Shown: positions 44,894 to 58,417 of the stretch, piece by piece | Position numbering within the stretch: the stretch's first letter is position 1 | Layout of the letters: each line of letters starts with the position of its first letter | DNA from: Phoronis australis | Lineage: Eukaryota > Animalia > Phoronida | Reading direction: 5' to 3' | NCBI GenBank assembly: GCA_002633005.1 | Contig: NMRA01000836.1 | Coordinates: 62,315-126,314, forward strand | DNA: 64,000 bases | Program-made: the position numbers and the translations under genes | Notes under the pieces: model-generated | What the model was told of the DNA's origin: nothing | What the model saw: only the letters and a program-made list of their open reading frames with translations | Database searches by the model: none

Positions 44894-45815
44894 TAACAGG
44901 CTCCGGGAACTCCGCTATGAAGTTGGAGGACTTCCTATTCCGATAATGAATAATAACATCAAGGTAATCATCAGGCATACAAACTTTAACATATCCCCTT
45001 ATGATTTTCTTAATGGCGTATTCGTCCTGGTGGTAATTATTAGACATGACATTTTTGTAGAATATCTTTTTGGTGACACCGGTCCGACGTGCGGGGACTT
45101 CATAGCTAATTCTGGACACAAATCGCTTAATATGGAAACCCACAAAAGCATTGGTATACCCATTATTCGATCTACCTCTTGATTGAACAATAGCCAGTTG
45201 GACGACACCGAATACGCCCTCTTTAGGAAGTTGACCACAACGGCGACCTTATACCGCTCAGGGCACTCACTTTTGGCGTGGAGACAGAAACCTTTAGCAG
45301 TATAGGCTTGTGGTAAACTGATGTACAGTGTAGTTTTGTTTATGAGTTTGTACATGTATGCCCTATGAACAAATGTCTTCGTTCAAACGTCAAACAATGT
45401 TACATTGGTCAAATGGTTTGCAGTCTTTCCCGTCGGTTATCCATGCATCTAGTTCAAAATGGCGCCATTCAAGATCATTTTCTGCGGCAATGCCACGCAC
45501 GTAAAATCAAGAAATTGTGGAAAACATGTCAATTCGCTACGTGGAGCAAGATGTGCTGCGTTTGAAAGTATTAGTCCCTTTTAATTGCTTTTGAGAAGCC
45601 TGTTTTGAATGAGCAGCAAACAGGGTCGCGCCGCACGTTACACTTGTTTGCGTGACTTTCCTGTTACCCCAATTCATTAGTCATTCTTTGCAGTATTTCA
45701 CACCCGCCGTGTCTCACTGTGTGTGTTGCCAGCATATACTCTGTGGTGGCATTACTGCGTCATTTTATCTTCACTTGAGAATGAAACAAGTATGTTTCGA
45801 AATATCGTGTGTCTT
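44894..45815. mobile_element. Penelope-like retroelement relic, 5'-truncated and 5'-inverted
   Basis: Minus 44894-45310: post-RT segment SECPERYK..KRAYSVSSNW..EVDRI..IHYRNRKSSNFI. Plus 45310-45655: GIY-YIG-like FVYEF..CP..YIGQ..LSRRLSMH..GAIQDH..KPVLNEQQTG.RTLHLF with frameshifts. Confidence 0.8.
45772..45809 (+). ncRNA. Minimal hammerhead-ribozyme-like motif with variant core in the Penelope-like 3' region
   Basis: CAC TTGAGAAT GAAACA-AGTA-TGTTTC GAAATATC GTG: stem II, GAAA, palindromic stem III, UC, short stem I; core deviates from CUGANGA. Confidence 0.45.
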
Positions 45816-47500
45816 TTAATTATGTCGCTAGGTCAGTTACTGTATCTATGTTCAGTTGAGAGTAGAGTTTTGTTCCGAAAGAATAGAGACTGAACAATGA
45901 AAAGTGTCGTGCATTTAACAAATTCTGTATAACCTTATGTACATGTAAATGAGCACTAATTTCTTCCCAAGCAATCAAGATGTCAAGATTGAAGGTATCA
46001 ATATTTGCAAGAGACAGCAATTTACAATCATAATTTGATTTAAAGTTCAAAATACCTCCATATGTTTTTTAAAAAAACATACCCTGGAAACACTGTGAAA
46101 ATTTCATTGTTTCCTTCTAAGCAACGCGTAACCCATTTAACTAATAATGACTTGTACATAATATTTATATCAAGAACTGACAAACCACCATTTTCATGGG
46201 TATTTACAGCCACATTGTTTTTATTCTAGGTGGTTTATTTTGCCACACAAAATTTTTTATCATAGTAACTTGTGCTATATCCACAGCCATCCAATGTCCC
46301 GCTGCGAAGTGAAAAGGCCACCGCGTGGTCAAATATAGTTGTCACAACCAGCACAAACGCATTGCCTCGCTATGCCTCATTGTACCATAAACCACAGGAA
46401 AACGACCAGAAGTATCTGACGACTTTTCACACTAAACCATGGGCGGTGCACCATATGACGCTACAGGAGGGGTGGGGCTAGGCTATAGCCACTCCCACTT
46501 TTTTCAGTGCTGTGGTGCCCATGGTCTATGGGCGGTGCACCACCTGGTGGCTTGGAGTGGTATGATTGGTGGTCTTGACTATATTCAGCATGTTTCAACA
46601 AATAAATTCTCGTAACTGGAGATTAATTAATTAACGTATCGTCAGATAGTGTTTGCGGGTGTTCCAATTTTTCAGCTGATCGACTGGTGGGATTGTCTTT
46701 ACTAGGTGTTTTTGATACAAAATTGGTGATTTTAAGCACTGCAATCTCCTTTAGATAGTACACCAGTCATGAAATTTCGTTGAAAATCTGATGAATTATT
46801 CATATCAGCCTTAAAATTTGGGCGTTTGAAACCGATTTCAAGTAGCAGCGAGTAAACTTTCTAGAGCTCAGGCGCACATAATATATTACGAGGGGGAGAA
46901 TTTGAAGACTGTATTGGAATGAAAAAATATATAAATCGTCTGTTCTTCAAAAATTACGAATCTAATGATTTTCTCTGGAAATTCTGGCAACATTCAAAGT
47001 GAATAAGTCTTACGTTAGCATCCCCAAAAAGTAGATTCGCCACGATCTGTTTAAAGGCTATTATTATTATTATTAATGGGTGTTATAATTACGGTAGCAC
47101 CAAAACGTTACGTATTTCCGGTAATTAATACGCATTTTCCCGATGTTCACAATAACTATTTCAAACCTTCGCTTTGTTTTTTACCAGACACGTAACCCGT
47201 CTATAAATAAGTATTTACGGCTTTTCCTAGCAGTCTCTTGTCGAAATAATCTCATATCAGTAGCCTTGCTCGACAGGGCAAGTTATCAAGGAGTATAACT
47301 GTTAGCAACACTCAAAGTTACAAAATGTAAGATCCTCAAACAGGTAAATTGGCACACGCAATGCATTTTGACGCTTGACAATATTTTGTCTCGTTTTCGT
47401 CAGTGCTATGGTTTGCTACGGTGAGAGCAAAAATGGCGACATGTATGTAACTACATGTACACACTAGGCTTAACTAGTATGTTATTCGCACTGTATGAAT

Positions 47501-47660
47501 ACAGGCGTGCGTTCAGTAGACGCTAGGACCTATACGCTAGGACCTAGCTAAAACCTAGTCAAAGTCACGTCCTCTCATTTACAATGCACGGCAATATCTC
47601 ACGTAATCTTGCGAACCCTTGCTTTTTAGCGAGGTCCTAGCGTTACTGAACGGGAGGCTG
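47501..47660. mobile_element. Small MITE
   Basis: cgttcagtagacgctaggacct / aggtcctagcgttactgaacg inverted ends. Confidence 0.6.
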
Positions 47661-50600
47661 GACAGCAAAGTAAACAAAAAGTCAGCGACAGTAGAAAGAT
47701 GCACTCCGATCGGGAAAGGAGCCCAACCACAATTTTCTTGGATTCACATTTCTTGAATATGAATGCGAAGCACCGATTTGTCTGTACATATCGACCACAT
47801 TCCTCCATTAGTCATGCTAGTTTGCGTTTTTAAGCGCTGCCTGTTGAGAATTCGACCAGCCAATCAGAGGAAAATTAAGTGATACCTGCGCCGCTGGCTA
47901 CCAACTAGCAGGCACGCAGGGAACCAGCGAGATGTTGACCAAGACCCTTTTGTCGCTCTGACGTCACACGCATGCTGGCGCCCCCCAGTAGAGGTCATGA
48001 GAATTCGCGATGGAACCGAGTTAACCACTGACAGTACGACATCAGAGGAGTAACAGATAGATTTGTAACAAATAATTCTCTGTATTGTGACTTTCATCAA
48101 TCTTCAAAATTTAAGAATTAAGAATGTATTTGTGACATGTTACAAAATGAATTCTGAGGTTGCGGCATGATAGATAATTTTGCTCAGTTGAGTGGCTGAA
48201 GTCCTGCGTTCGCTGCTGTACTGCAAATGGCCACGTTACAAGTAAGCAGAGGTTGTTTTTACGTTTGATCTTCTCATTTGATTTACGGCAATGATTGACA
48301 CGTCTGCTGTGTGTGAGTGGAATGTGGCCGAGCATTCGGTTATTTCATTTTCTTTACATTTTTGAAGTTGTGTCGAAACGGTATATATTTTTGTTCAAAA
48401 TAGACTCGCATTTGCCAAAGATTCGCGTACTTATTCGTAAATAGTTCCACTGAAGTACAGCACTGTCTGTAGCCTGGTATGCAAATGGTGTCATCACCTT
48501 GAGTCGATTTATCAGTTGCACAGTGTAAACAAACTGGGTACTGGTATCCTAATTGACCTACCCTTGTAGAGCCTGCAATATTCTGATTATTATCCATTTC
48601 AATACAAAATATCAACACCAGTCAAAGTGTTTTTCATTGAAAGTTTTGAATGAATTAATAATCCCAAGATGTTAATATTTTCCCAAAACTCGCCAGCATT
48701 TTTACTGAGGCAGCCGGGTTATTTGCCTGATTTTGACAAAACTGTTTTGATTAGTTGGTGTGAAAAAGTTCAGCACTTGGTATAGTAAATACAATTCTGT
48801 GGTACTCTGGCACAGACAGAACTACTGATAAAAGTTGCTCGAAAACTTTCCGTAATGTTTCGTGTCAAAAGACACTTCACAACTCCTAACTGGTGACTGA
48901 TAACCATTAAAGTGACATGTACTGTTATCTACATGAAGTTGATATTACATATCATTCATTTTTTCGGACATTATGTTTCTACGAAAACAATGACTCAACG
49001 TTCTATGCAAATCCGTTCGCCTGTCAGGCTCCGTCCATTGCCACTTCCACAAAGAAGTGTACACGTACACTCGTCATTGTTTCCACTGACTGGTCCATGA
49101 ACTCTGTTCGTTGACCTCCACCAGGGACGCTAGCGTGCATGCGACGTCGCACTTCCACCTGGATTGGCTCCTTGACATTGTCCCGCTCACCAAGGGCAAG
49201 GGTTAACGAACAGGAAGTGCATCGTGGGTAGTATGATACTACCTGAAGTGTTGCGTCATCAACCAGAGACTGTGACCAGCAAGAAGAATCGCGGGTAGAA
49301 GAAATTGTCTGCAATTGTTGCATCACCAGAGACGGTGACCAGCAAGTACACTGCTGTCGCTATATAATGTGTGTAGTTCGAAGATTCGCCGAATTAAGAA
49401 GCAATAAGTTACAAAACATGACTTGAAAGCAATTGAGACTTGAAATTTTGAAAAATATGAATCATTTTGTGACACCGAATCAAGTCTTGAACAGCAGTTA
49501 ACAGTCAAACAAAAAACCATTTCAAAATTATTTCAACTATATTTTTAGCTTAGTGCAAGATCACCTGAATGGGAAATTTACAGTAAAATAATTCGAATAT
49601 AACTCATATTTTTGCACAAAAACACGAAAATTGAACAAAGTCTTTTTTTGTATCAATGTTTGTCAAAACGTATCAACTTTAAATCTTCACAAATTACAAA
49701 GTAGCCGATTGAACCTGCCTTTCAGTTCAGCAAAAGTCGCCATGTTGTCGGTGCCGCCAGAAATGAAACGAAGTCCAACGGGAATTGTGAGCACATTTAT
49801 CACTTAATGAGTAACAACTGCGAGGCTGAAATTCGGTGAACACTTTTAAATCGTGCAGAATAGTAAGTAAAGATATGTCTAACTAAATTTCACCGTAATT
49901 TGTTGGCGAAAACAATTTACACAAAGTTTTAAACTCGTAACTTATCCCGCTGTCCTCCAATATTGCCGACGCGATCCAAACAAAGTGACCCAAATTTCGC
50001 CACAAAACTTGCAATAACTTTACACTGCTTGCCCCGATTTTGATACATTTTATTTTTACTGAGTAGAATGCACTACCTTTTAGTCTAGACGCATTTCCTG
50101 AAAAGAGCCCTGTATAAGGTTTTAGAAGCATTTTTTAGTAGAAGTTGGGAACAAGTTTTTTTAACACAATCAAGGCATGGCGAATTCAACTAACCCTGTT
50201 CCCAAGCCGAATTTTGCATTTTTGACCATCTAATTAGCATAAACAAAATGGCGGCCAAATTGTCAAGTTCAGATGTATTTTTGTAATAAAAATCACAATA
50301 TACCATTTAAAATGGTGAAATGTCTCACCTGTACACTTCTTATAAATACTTCTTGAGCAATAGACCACTTATAAATAACAAAAAATGCAACTCTAAAAAC
50401 TAATTATGCAAATTAGGTGCCTCCATTACCATACAATGTAATTTGCGTCTTAAGTTTGTGCTCCTGCAGGTTAACTTGAAAAATGAGGTGTTAATACTTA
50501 TATTTTCATGGTCAACAAACATGCTAAAGACATTTTTGGAGCAATTTATTTCATATTTATTGGGTTATAGATGTAAAGTCATAGAATGTGGAAAAACAGT

Positions 50601-50819
50601 CGTTATTCTGCAATGCTAGTTAAGCAAGGTGACACTATTTTGACGGATTATAAGGACAAATGTTCACACTATCCTGTTATCTTCCATTCATAAAAAACAA
50701 TTTAGTTATTGTTATTGAATACATTAGATTCTCTGTTGCATGAATTGTTTTCAGGCCTGTTGAACACACTTTTAGCATTCACTTTTTGGTACTTTTTAAC
50801 ATGCCTGAAGCCAGGCAAA

Positions 50820-53000
50820 TCAAACTGTTTGCATACAAGGAATCTGATCATGAATGTGCTGCTGGCATGTGCATAATGATATGCATCGAAATCCAGATTT
50901 CTTGCATCTGCATTGTCTACTGTTGCGTTGTTTCTGGCATCCACACAATACCATCTCTAGGCAGCTTTCTGGGATTTTACTCTGTGTCATCAGCATGGGC
51001 TGCAAGCATAAGTTTGTGTGTGTTCCTCCAATATCAGAGGGTGCTGGGAGCTCAGGTATGGAACAATGATCATTTTGCCATACCTTGACCTGATAGTGCA
51101 CTCTCATCAGATGGAAACGGTGGGCATTATGCGTTGGGGGAAGGACTTCTGGGTTCACGGGCTTGGAGAATAGTAAATGGCGTGCTACATCAACAGGTCT
51201 GTTCTGGTCATGTTGTATATTCTGCAGACAAATACTTCTGAAGCCATCGTAATTTTCTCAGTGAGTTCACCAATGCAGAGGTTCTTAAGCAATCTGTGAT
51301 GCTCAGGAACACCTTCCATGATGATTGTTTCGTGTGATTGGCAAAGTACGATTTGGTGCCAAACCCGGTCACAGCATGAAAAGCAAACAAGGATGTTGCT
51401 GAGTCTCGTAGTAGTTTGTTGAAAAGTGCTTCAATAGGTATATATGACATCAGTCAGATATGCTCACATTGCATTTATTGGAAGTGCGATACCAGAAGTA
51501 GTAGAACATCGGGTGTCCCTGGAAAACAGGACTGACTGTGGACAGCATGCAGTACCAATCTTGCATCTGCTTCTTCATGTGTGAATTTCAGATTCCTCAA
51601 ATCAGTCATATCCTTAGATGATTTAATTGACTTCCAGCTCAGCTTTGAACCCTCCTGCAACCATAACCTCTTTATCTTCAGGTGTCTACAAACACAGTTC
51701 CTCTGACAAGAAATGTGCTAGGTCTGCTTTATTCTCAGCCAGTGTCCAAAAATTTGACTAGTTTTGAGGAAGAGGTACATCATGGCCTTCCAAAAATCAC
51801 CTGATTTGCCGTGTTCCTTTACTGTGTTGTTTTCTTGTTGTATTCTTCATTGTTTCTTGTCTGTACATGTATCTGTCAAATACAGTATCAATTTTATGAT
51901 ATCAAAATCCTGTGTTTAGCACTGCTTTCGTGAATGAATCGGCCAGATTTTCGAAGGTCACATCACCATCAGGCTTCCCAAGAGTTACCAGCAATGCTTC
52001 GCTATCAATAATGAGGCAAGCGGACGTGTCGTGAAGCTGAATTGTTTCAAGACAGTCAATATGATAGCTATTAATACTTCGACAAGTGAAGATTTATATC
52101 CAGTGAGCAATTTTCCACTCGTTTCTGCAAGACAACATGGACTGGAAGAAGCTCGCGTTTGAGCACAGACGGCAAATCAATTGGCCGACCCGCCTCGTAA
52201 GCCGTAGCTAGACAGTGAAGTACATCCCTGTCTGCCGTAAGAACTATTTTCTTATCTTTATCTTTGGTTTGTTTCACCACATCATATAAGTTGGCAAATG
52301 TTGGGGCATTATTTTTGCGCATAGGTGCATGAATTGACATGTCTGAATTATCGCATTGCTCAATGATAATCTGTCGTGAACAAATTTCTTAATTTGTTGA
52401 TGTCCAAGTTCCTTGGCATGCAAAAGTGACTCTTGGATTGGTGCTATTGCTAGGTCTTTTGTTGCAAGGGTTTGTAGCAGCTAAGACCTTGCGGACGAGA
52501 AGACCTTCATTCCATGGAAAGTGTAAAGAAGGGAACTCTCAACATTATTTTCGCACAGTTTCCTGGCTTTCGTGGCTTCGTTGTGAAACTATGTACTCCC
52601 ACAGCGGTAAGTTTGTTCAGCTATATGACATCTCAGATGCAACGAGAGTGTCCACCTCCCTAGAGCTGACGTGGTTTTGGTATTACCGTTGATACCACCT
52701 CTTTTTTGCCTGCCCCATTTACCCACTTTTCAGAATCTAACTGACAGAGCATATGAGGAGATCACTTGACTACAAAATTTCCTCCTTGAACCTCTGACCA
52801 AACAGACTGTGGAAGCTGATGCATCTCGACTAAAAAGACCGCACCCCACTCGGGCATAATTCGGTGGGGCAGCATGAGAGTAAATGAATAGAGATGCAGT
52901 TCCCAAATGCCATTCCGTTGAGAGCATGTGTACTTTAACAATATTGGAACCCTGTTCATGTAACTTAACCAGAAGCTGAAATTCACATCATTAGACCTAC
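50820..53000 (-). pseudogene. Frameshifted Academ transposase/XPG-Cys protein remnants
   Basis: ORF pieces 52730-52986, 52071-52340, 51475-51660, 51208-51450 and 50820-51158 in collinear order with stops and frameshifts. Confidence 0.75.
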
Positions 53001-53214
53001 TGTTGACAAAATGCCCAGGAGTTTCCTGAACTTATCCTGACTGAGAAATGTTATCAATTCCGGAATTTTCTGTGGATCATCATCTGCAGACATAATGGAA
53101 ATACAAGCATGACAGTCGCTTCTGTAATGAACGAGAGAAGGCTTGGCACCAGGAGATGCCACAGAGCTTGCAAAGACAGTTTGTGTGCCCTCATACTGTA
53201 GCTTTGCTGTAAGA

Positions 53215-53446
53215 CTTTCCACTGAAACTGACTTAAGTTCATTTTTGACTTAAGTTTAAGATTTGTCTTAACTTCCAAACTTTGAGTGAGTTAGTCAAAA
53301 TTAAGACAAAATTATGTCAAACACTTAAGTCAAACTTAAGATCTTTTTCTTGAATTGGTTTTGAGACAGATCTAATTTTTATTTTAAAATTTCCTAAAAT
53401 TTAAGATTTGTCTTAGCTAAGTCAGTGTTGTGGGAACGGGCCCCAG
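53215..53446. mobile_element. MITE nested in the Academ element, same family as 1-152
   Basis: cttaagttcatttttgacttaagt..aagatttgtcttaacttccaaactttga is the reverse complement of about 76-130; end gtgggaacgggccccag. Confidence 0.65.
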
Positions 53447-56400
53447 TTCCATAGGTCATGACCAAGTACTGCACTCTCTATACACACTTCAGCTATTCCG
53501 GAATCACTCATGTGATCTTCTATGGCCTTGATGAAGTTCACTGATACATGAAGAACCACTAAACGAGGTACTGTATTAACATATTTTGGTATTCTGGGAC
53601 CGACCAAGTAATCGCCATTAATCTGCAGCAGAGTGCTTAGTCGACTTTGAGGACGGTATGTTCCTGTCCAAAATGGGGCGATATGGCCATGCATCTCTTT
53701 ACAACAGTATCTAAAAGTCATGTTGTTAATGTTTACAGTACTTTTATGTCTTATGTAAATAGTGAGATGTTCGCAAAAAAGCATTGATAATTATGATTTC
53801 TAATTTAATTTTCAGGCTTTATTAATGAGCATAAATTGTAACTTAGTGAAGATGAGATAAAAAGCTTCACATGTGTCATAATGATTTTTCCAGACCTTCA
53901 AAACATAGGTATAGACACTTTATTTGTCATGTTTGCCTGCAAATTGATAAAGTTGCACCAATATTTGAAATTTTCGGTAATGGCGGAAGCTAATTAGCAT
54001 ACTTGGGGAATTTAATGACGTTCATTAATATGTTCTTAAAATTAAGTGATCTAAACTCACTTATACTATGTTTTTGTAGCACAAACTTCCTAATTATTCG
54101 TCACATATTGTACTCCTGGTCCCACGAATGCTTATCGTCTTGTTGGTTTGGCGGCCATTTTGTTTATGCAAATTAGATGGTCAAAAACTCAAAATGCAGC
54201 TTGGGAACAGGCATAATCGAAATCAGCACACCCTAATTATGCTAAAAAGATACGTTCTCCACTTTTACTAAAAAATTCCTCTAACATGCACATTTTCCAG
54301 AAATGCTTCTAGACTATTTCCGATGATAGCAAAGTAGTTTTTCAAAACGAGAAAAAAATAAAACCGAAAAAAATTGGTTCGACCCATATTGGTTCCTACA
54401 TGTAGGTTCGACCGGCCTGCGTAAGGAACTAAACACCGATGCTATTTTAACATACTAACTACGCGTAACATTCCAAAAAAATTCAACGACAACTAACTAC
54501 AAACTAATCACGAGATATTACTAATAAAACAAAATAATGAAGACTTTTCGAGCAAGCCATAGCACATTCAGTTACAAGTAAAAAATGGCGGCGTTCAGGA
54601 CAAATTCCTGAACTGATGATCCGGAAATGTGGGTACGGAAATAACCGATGACAGCCGGTAATTATACGCTCACAGAGAAGGGTCAAATACTGTTAAAAAT
54701 CGCTTTTGGCAAGAAAGGCGAAACGAATATAAAGAAAGGGTGTCGAAATCAAGATTTTATGTAGTAAGTATTTTCTGATACTGGAACCACATGGCAGTTT
54801 GAGAGAAGGAATTTAAGTGCTGACACGTGGCTTGAAATTACAAGGTCAGTAGCCCTGGCCTCAGTAATCACCCCGTCCTATCATAATAGAAAGAATATTG
54901 TCAGACTGAAGATTCCGTTACATTCTAAAAATGTAAATACATAGTAGAAGAATAAGATAGTTTTAAGTATATACGCATTTTGCTATGGTGGAGCGTCAAC
55001 TCTACGCTCACTTCTGTGGAGACTGGTCACAGTGATGCCCCAGTGTTCCCAGTTTCACCAGATACGTTGTAAAGGATCGTCTGTGTTGTCGCTAAGGTCA
55101 TCATTTCTTCAAATAGCTTTGTCACCAGACTCCCTTTGTCAAGCCGAGTAAAACGCCGTGAATGTAGACTCACAAGTACACACGGTTCATGGCAACTGTG
55201 TGTTGTACATGTACGTGGACAAGCGTGCGGTCCCTGGGCAATGACATCAACTGTTTTATTTCAGATGATGCAGTGCAGCGCGTATAACATGATCCCTTTG
55301 TTACCGGGCTCAATGCATCAGGTTTATATTTTGGGGTGTCGTAAGTAGGCCTAGTTGCGCAAGTGACATGTCTGTTCTATTGCTTTAGATCCTCGGGAGT
55401 GACGAAGTTTTTCAATATAATACGATTAATGCCCACTTATACCAATCCCATGTCACTTTTCACATCGTTAAAATCTATGAAAGAAATATAAGGAGTTCAA
55501 ATCGTTTGTCAACAACCGCATACATATACACTGTACGTAATTGTATGCGCCCCTATCCACCCAGTGCATATCGATGTAAATCTCAGTCTTTGAAATTGAG
55601 TGCACAGTAACTTTTCAGACACGTTACCGGTCTTTCACTTCATATTGCCTAACCCGCCTCCCGCTAATGACCCCGAACTCCCATTTTCAAGAAGTGGACA
55701 CAGTCCCGCACTACTAGTCAGCTGATATTGGTCCACCAAACCCCGGCTAAATGGTTCTTTTTAAACACAAATAAAGGTCCGGCTTGGTGTTTTTAAACGC
55801 ACATAAAATTCTGTTTTGGTCTTTTACTTGAGGTTGTGATTGAATTTTTGAGTCTGATCTTTGAAAAATAATGGGGTGGCTTTGTTTGTCAATACACGTA
55901 GTGTAAATGTATATCTTCCGTCTGGAGAACGAGGTGTTAACTTTTTGACAAAACCAGATTACAATGTGGGAATCCTCCAATTAATTATCGCCACTTGCTA
56001 TGATCAAACTCCTAATAAGTCAATAAGGCTTCTTCCTCGATTTCTTTCACCCGATTGTTGATCGATCATAATTGCGAGAAGGGATGCTCGACTAACTGGG
56101 TTTGGTTCAAGTGAAAAATTAGGATACTCGTTCATTTTGAGATAGCACTCGAAAAATAGGCAGATTTACGGGGCAGCAGTTGCCATGAAAAGATATTCGG
56201 AGCCTATTTTTGGTAGGACCTTATGTACAGCTGCGTTTTCATCCCTTGTTTCCTAAACCAACCTAAAAATGAGTTCATTTGTTGCAACCAAATATATCAT
56301 TGTAGACGTTTTAAATTGGAAATTGCAACCCCGATCTTTCCAGTTAAGTCTCGTACTTAAAAGTAAGTCGTTTTAAGGGTAACCAAGTCGGAAAATGTTT

Positions 56401-56612
56401 TGTAGAAAATATGAGGAACGAGTCACAATTTTGAAAAATAGATTTTGTTGGAATTAAACCGCAGCAACTTCGTTACGGATGGAGGTTGGGAAAGTGCCAC
56501 GCAGCTGAGCGACACGTGGAGTGATTTCTCGCCATCACCAACTAGTACTGTTTACCTTTTCAACGAACAGATGGCGCTACTGTACGTATTCTTGTTCACT
56601 TCAGTAAATGTC

Positions 56613-58417
56613 TTAATACTCTGCGCGTGTAAGCGCATAGTACTGTTGTTCCTGGGGTTTCTTCAATTTTATTATTCTGCGCGTGTAAGCGCAGAGTACT
56701 GTTGTTCCTGGGTTTTCTTCAATTTTATTCTTCTTATTCTTATTCTTATTCCGACTAAATTTAACGCTTAATAACTCCAAAATGGTTGCAGGAATCTTCT
56801 TCAAATTTAAAATATGATGTTACGCAGTATATAAATTTCGATTCATTATATATTCATATTCCATAATGCACCGGAAGAGGTCGTTTGGTGCAAAGGTCAT
56901 ATAATTTTCAAAATGCTACTCCTCCAGTTTTAAAGCTATCTTTTTCAAATTCGGTGCACAGGTATAAGTCAACATGACAATTTAAAAATTACTTTTCTAA
57001 GTAATCGGGTCATCCAATCAGGTGAAATATGTCAAAGGTCATTAGGTGCAAACTAAAATTTTGAGCTAGACACTTCAAATTGACACGTCTGATTGCCACA
57101 GGTAAATCAAATCGGAATCTAAAGTTTCAGGTTATTTAGTGCAAACATGGGGTCATTAGGTGCATTTTTCTTCTGAAAATTTGACCTTTTCAATCGGCGA
57201 GTATTCTGATGTGTCAACCGTTAGACAACTGTGATTCTCAGCGTTAACCGCATTTTTCATGGGCTTTGCAATAATTCTCCTAAAGATGCTTGAAATGCAC
57301 CGGATACGGTCAATTAGTCCAAAGGTCATCTAACGTTCAAAATGTTATATCTTACGTTTTTCAAGGAATTCTTTTCAATTTCAGCACACTAATGTTAGTC
57401 AACATGCCAATTGAACAACCTACTTAATTACGTAATAGGCCTAACCAATCAGAAAAAATAGGTCAAAGGTCATTGAGTGCAAACTAAAAGTTTGAGCTAG
57501 AGACTACAAAATTACATATCTGTTTACCATAATGATTGAGTTTGAATTCTAAATTTTCAGGTCATTTGGTGCACCCTTGGGGTCATAAGGTGCATTTTTC
57601 TTCTGAAAGTTCGACCAATTCATTCACCTTGTATTCTGAAGTGCTTAAAGTAAAACATCTGTGATTTTTAGCATTAACCACACTTTTAATCGAGTTAACA
57701 ATTACTCCCTCATCGGGGCTCATAATGCACCGGAAGAGGTCAATTAGTAGAAAGGTCATCAAAAAATTAACATGTAATTTCTCGTACAATTTAAATGAAT
57801 TCCTTTTCATATTGGTAAACGGGCTGCTGTCAGTAACTTCCCATAACAGTTCCAATAATACGCACGCGCAGTGTCCGTTATTGTCACGACGTGACAATAA
57901 TCTTTCTAGTTCTTCTTATTCTTCTTATTCTTATTCTTCTTCCGACCAACTTTGAGGCTTAATAACTCCAAATTGGGTGCAGATACGGTCTTTAAATTCA
58001 GCATATGACTTTTGACAGTATATATATTTTGATTGGTTATATAATCATATTCCATATTGCACCAAAAGAGGTCGTTTGGTGCAAAGGTCATATAATTTTG
58101 AAAATGCTACTCCTCCTTCAGCTTTAAAGCTATCTTTTTCAAATTCGGTGCACAGGTACAAGACATGACAATTTAAAAATTCACTTTTCTAAGTAATCGG
58201 ATCATCGAATCAGGTGAAATAGGTCAAAGGTCATTAGGTGCAAACTAAAATTGTGAGCTAGACACTTCAAATTGACACGTCTGATTGCCACAGGTAAATC
58301 AAATCGGAATCCAAAGTTTCAGGTGCAAACATGGGGTCATTAGGTGCATTTTTCTTCTGAAAATTTGACCTTTTCAATCAGCAAGTTTTCTGATGTGTCA
58401 ATCGTTAGACAACTGTG
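56613..58417 (+). mobile_element. Nested non-autonomous Helentron/DINE-1-like (HINE) elements
   Basis: 5' palindrome ctctgcgcgtgtaagcgcagag, (TTCTTA)n microsatellite, 3' sub-terminal cacgcgcag plus hairpin ttattgtcacg-a-cgtgacaataa then tctttctagt at 57910. Confidence 0.65.

Larger units (their letters stand above)
50081..54316 (-). mobile_element. Academ (AcademX-type) DNA transposon, decayed
   Basis: TTT|TAGTCTAGA..TCTAGACTA|TTT termini, about 180-bp imperfect TIRs, 3-bp duplication; minus-strand fragments THEEADARLVLH, FHAVTG, LPPT..H..RVHYQ..W and C-terminal CGC..C.C..C..C.C cluster (XPG-like nuclease plus Cys finger). Confidence 0.85.
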
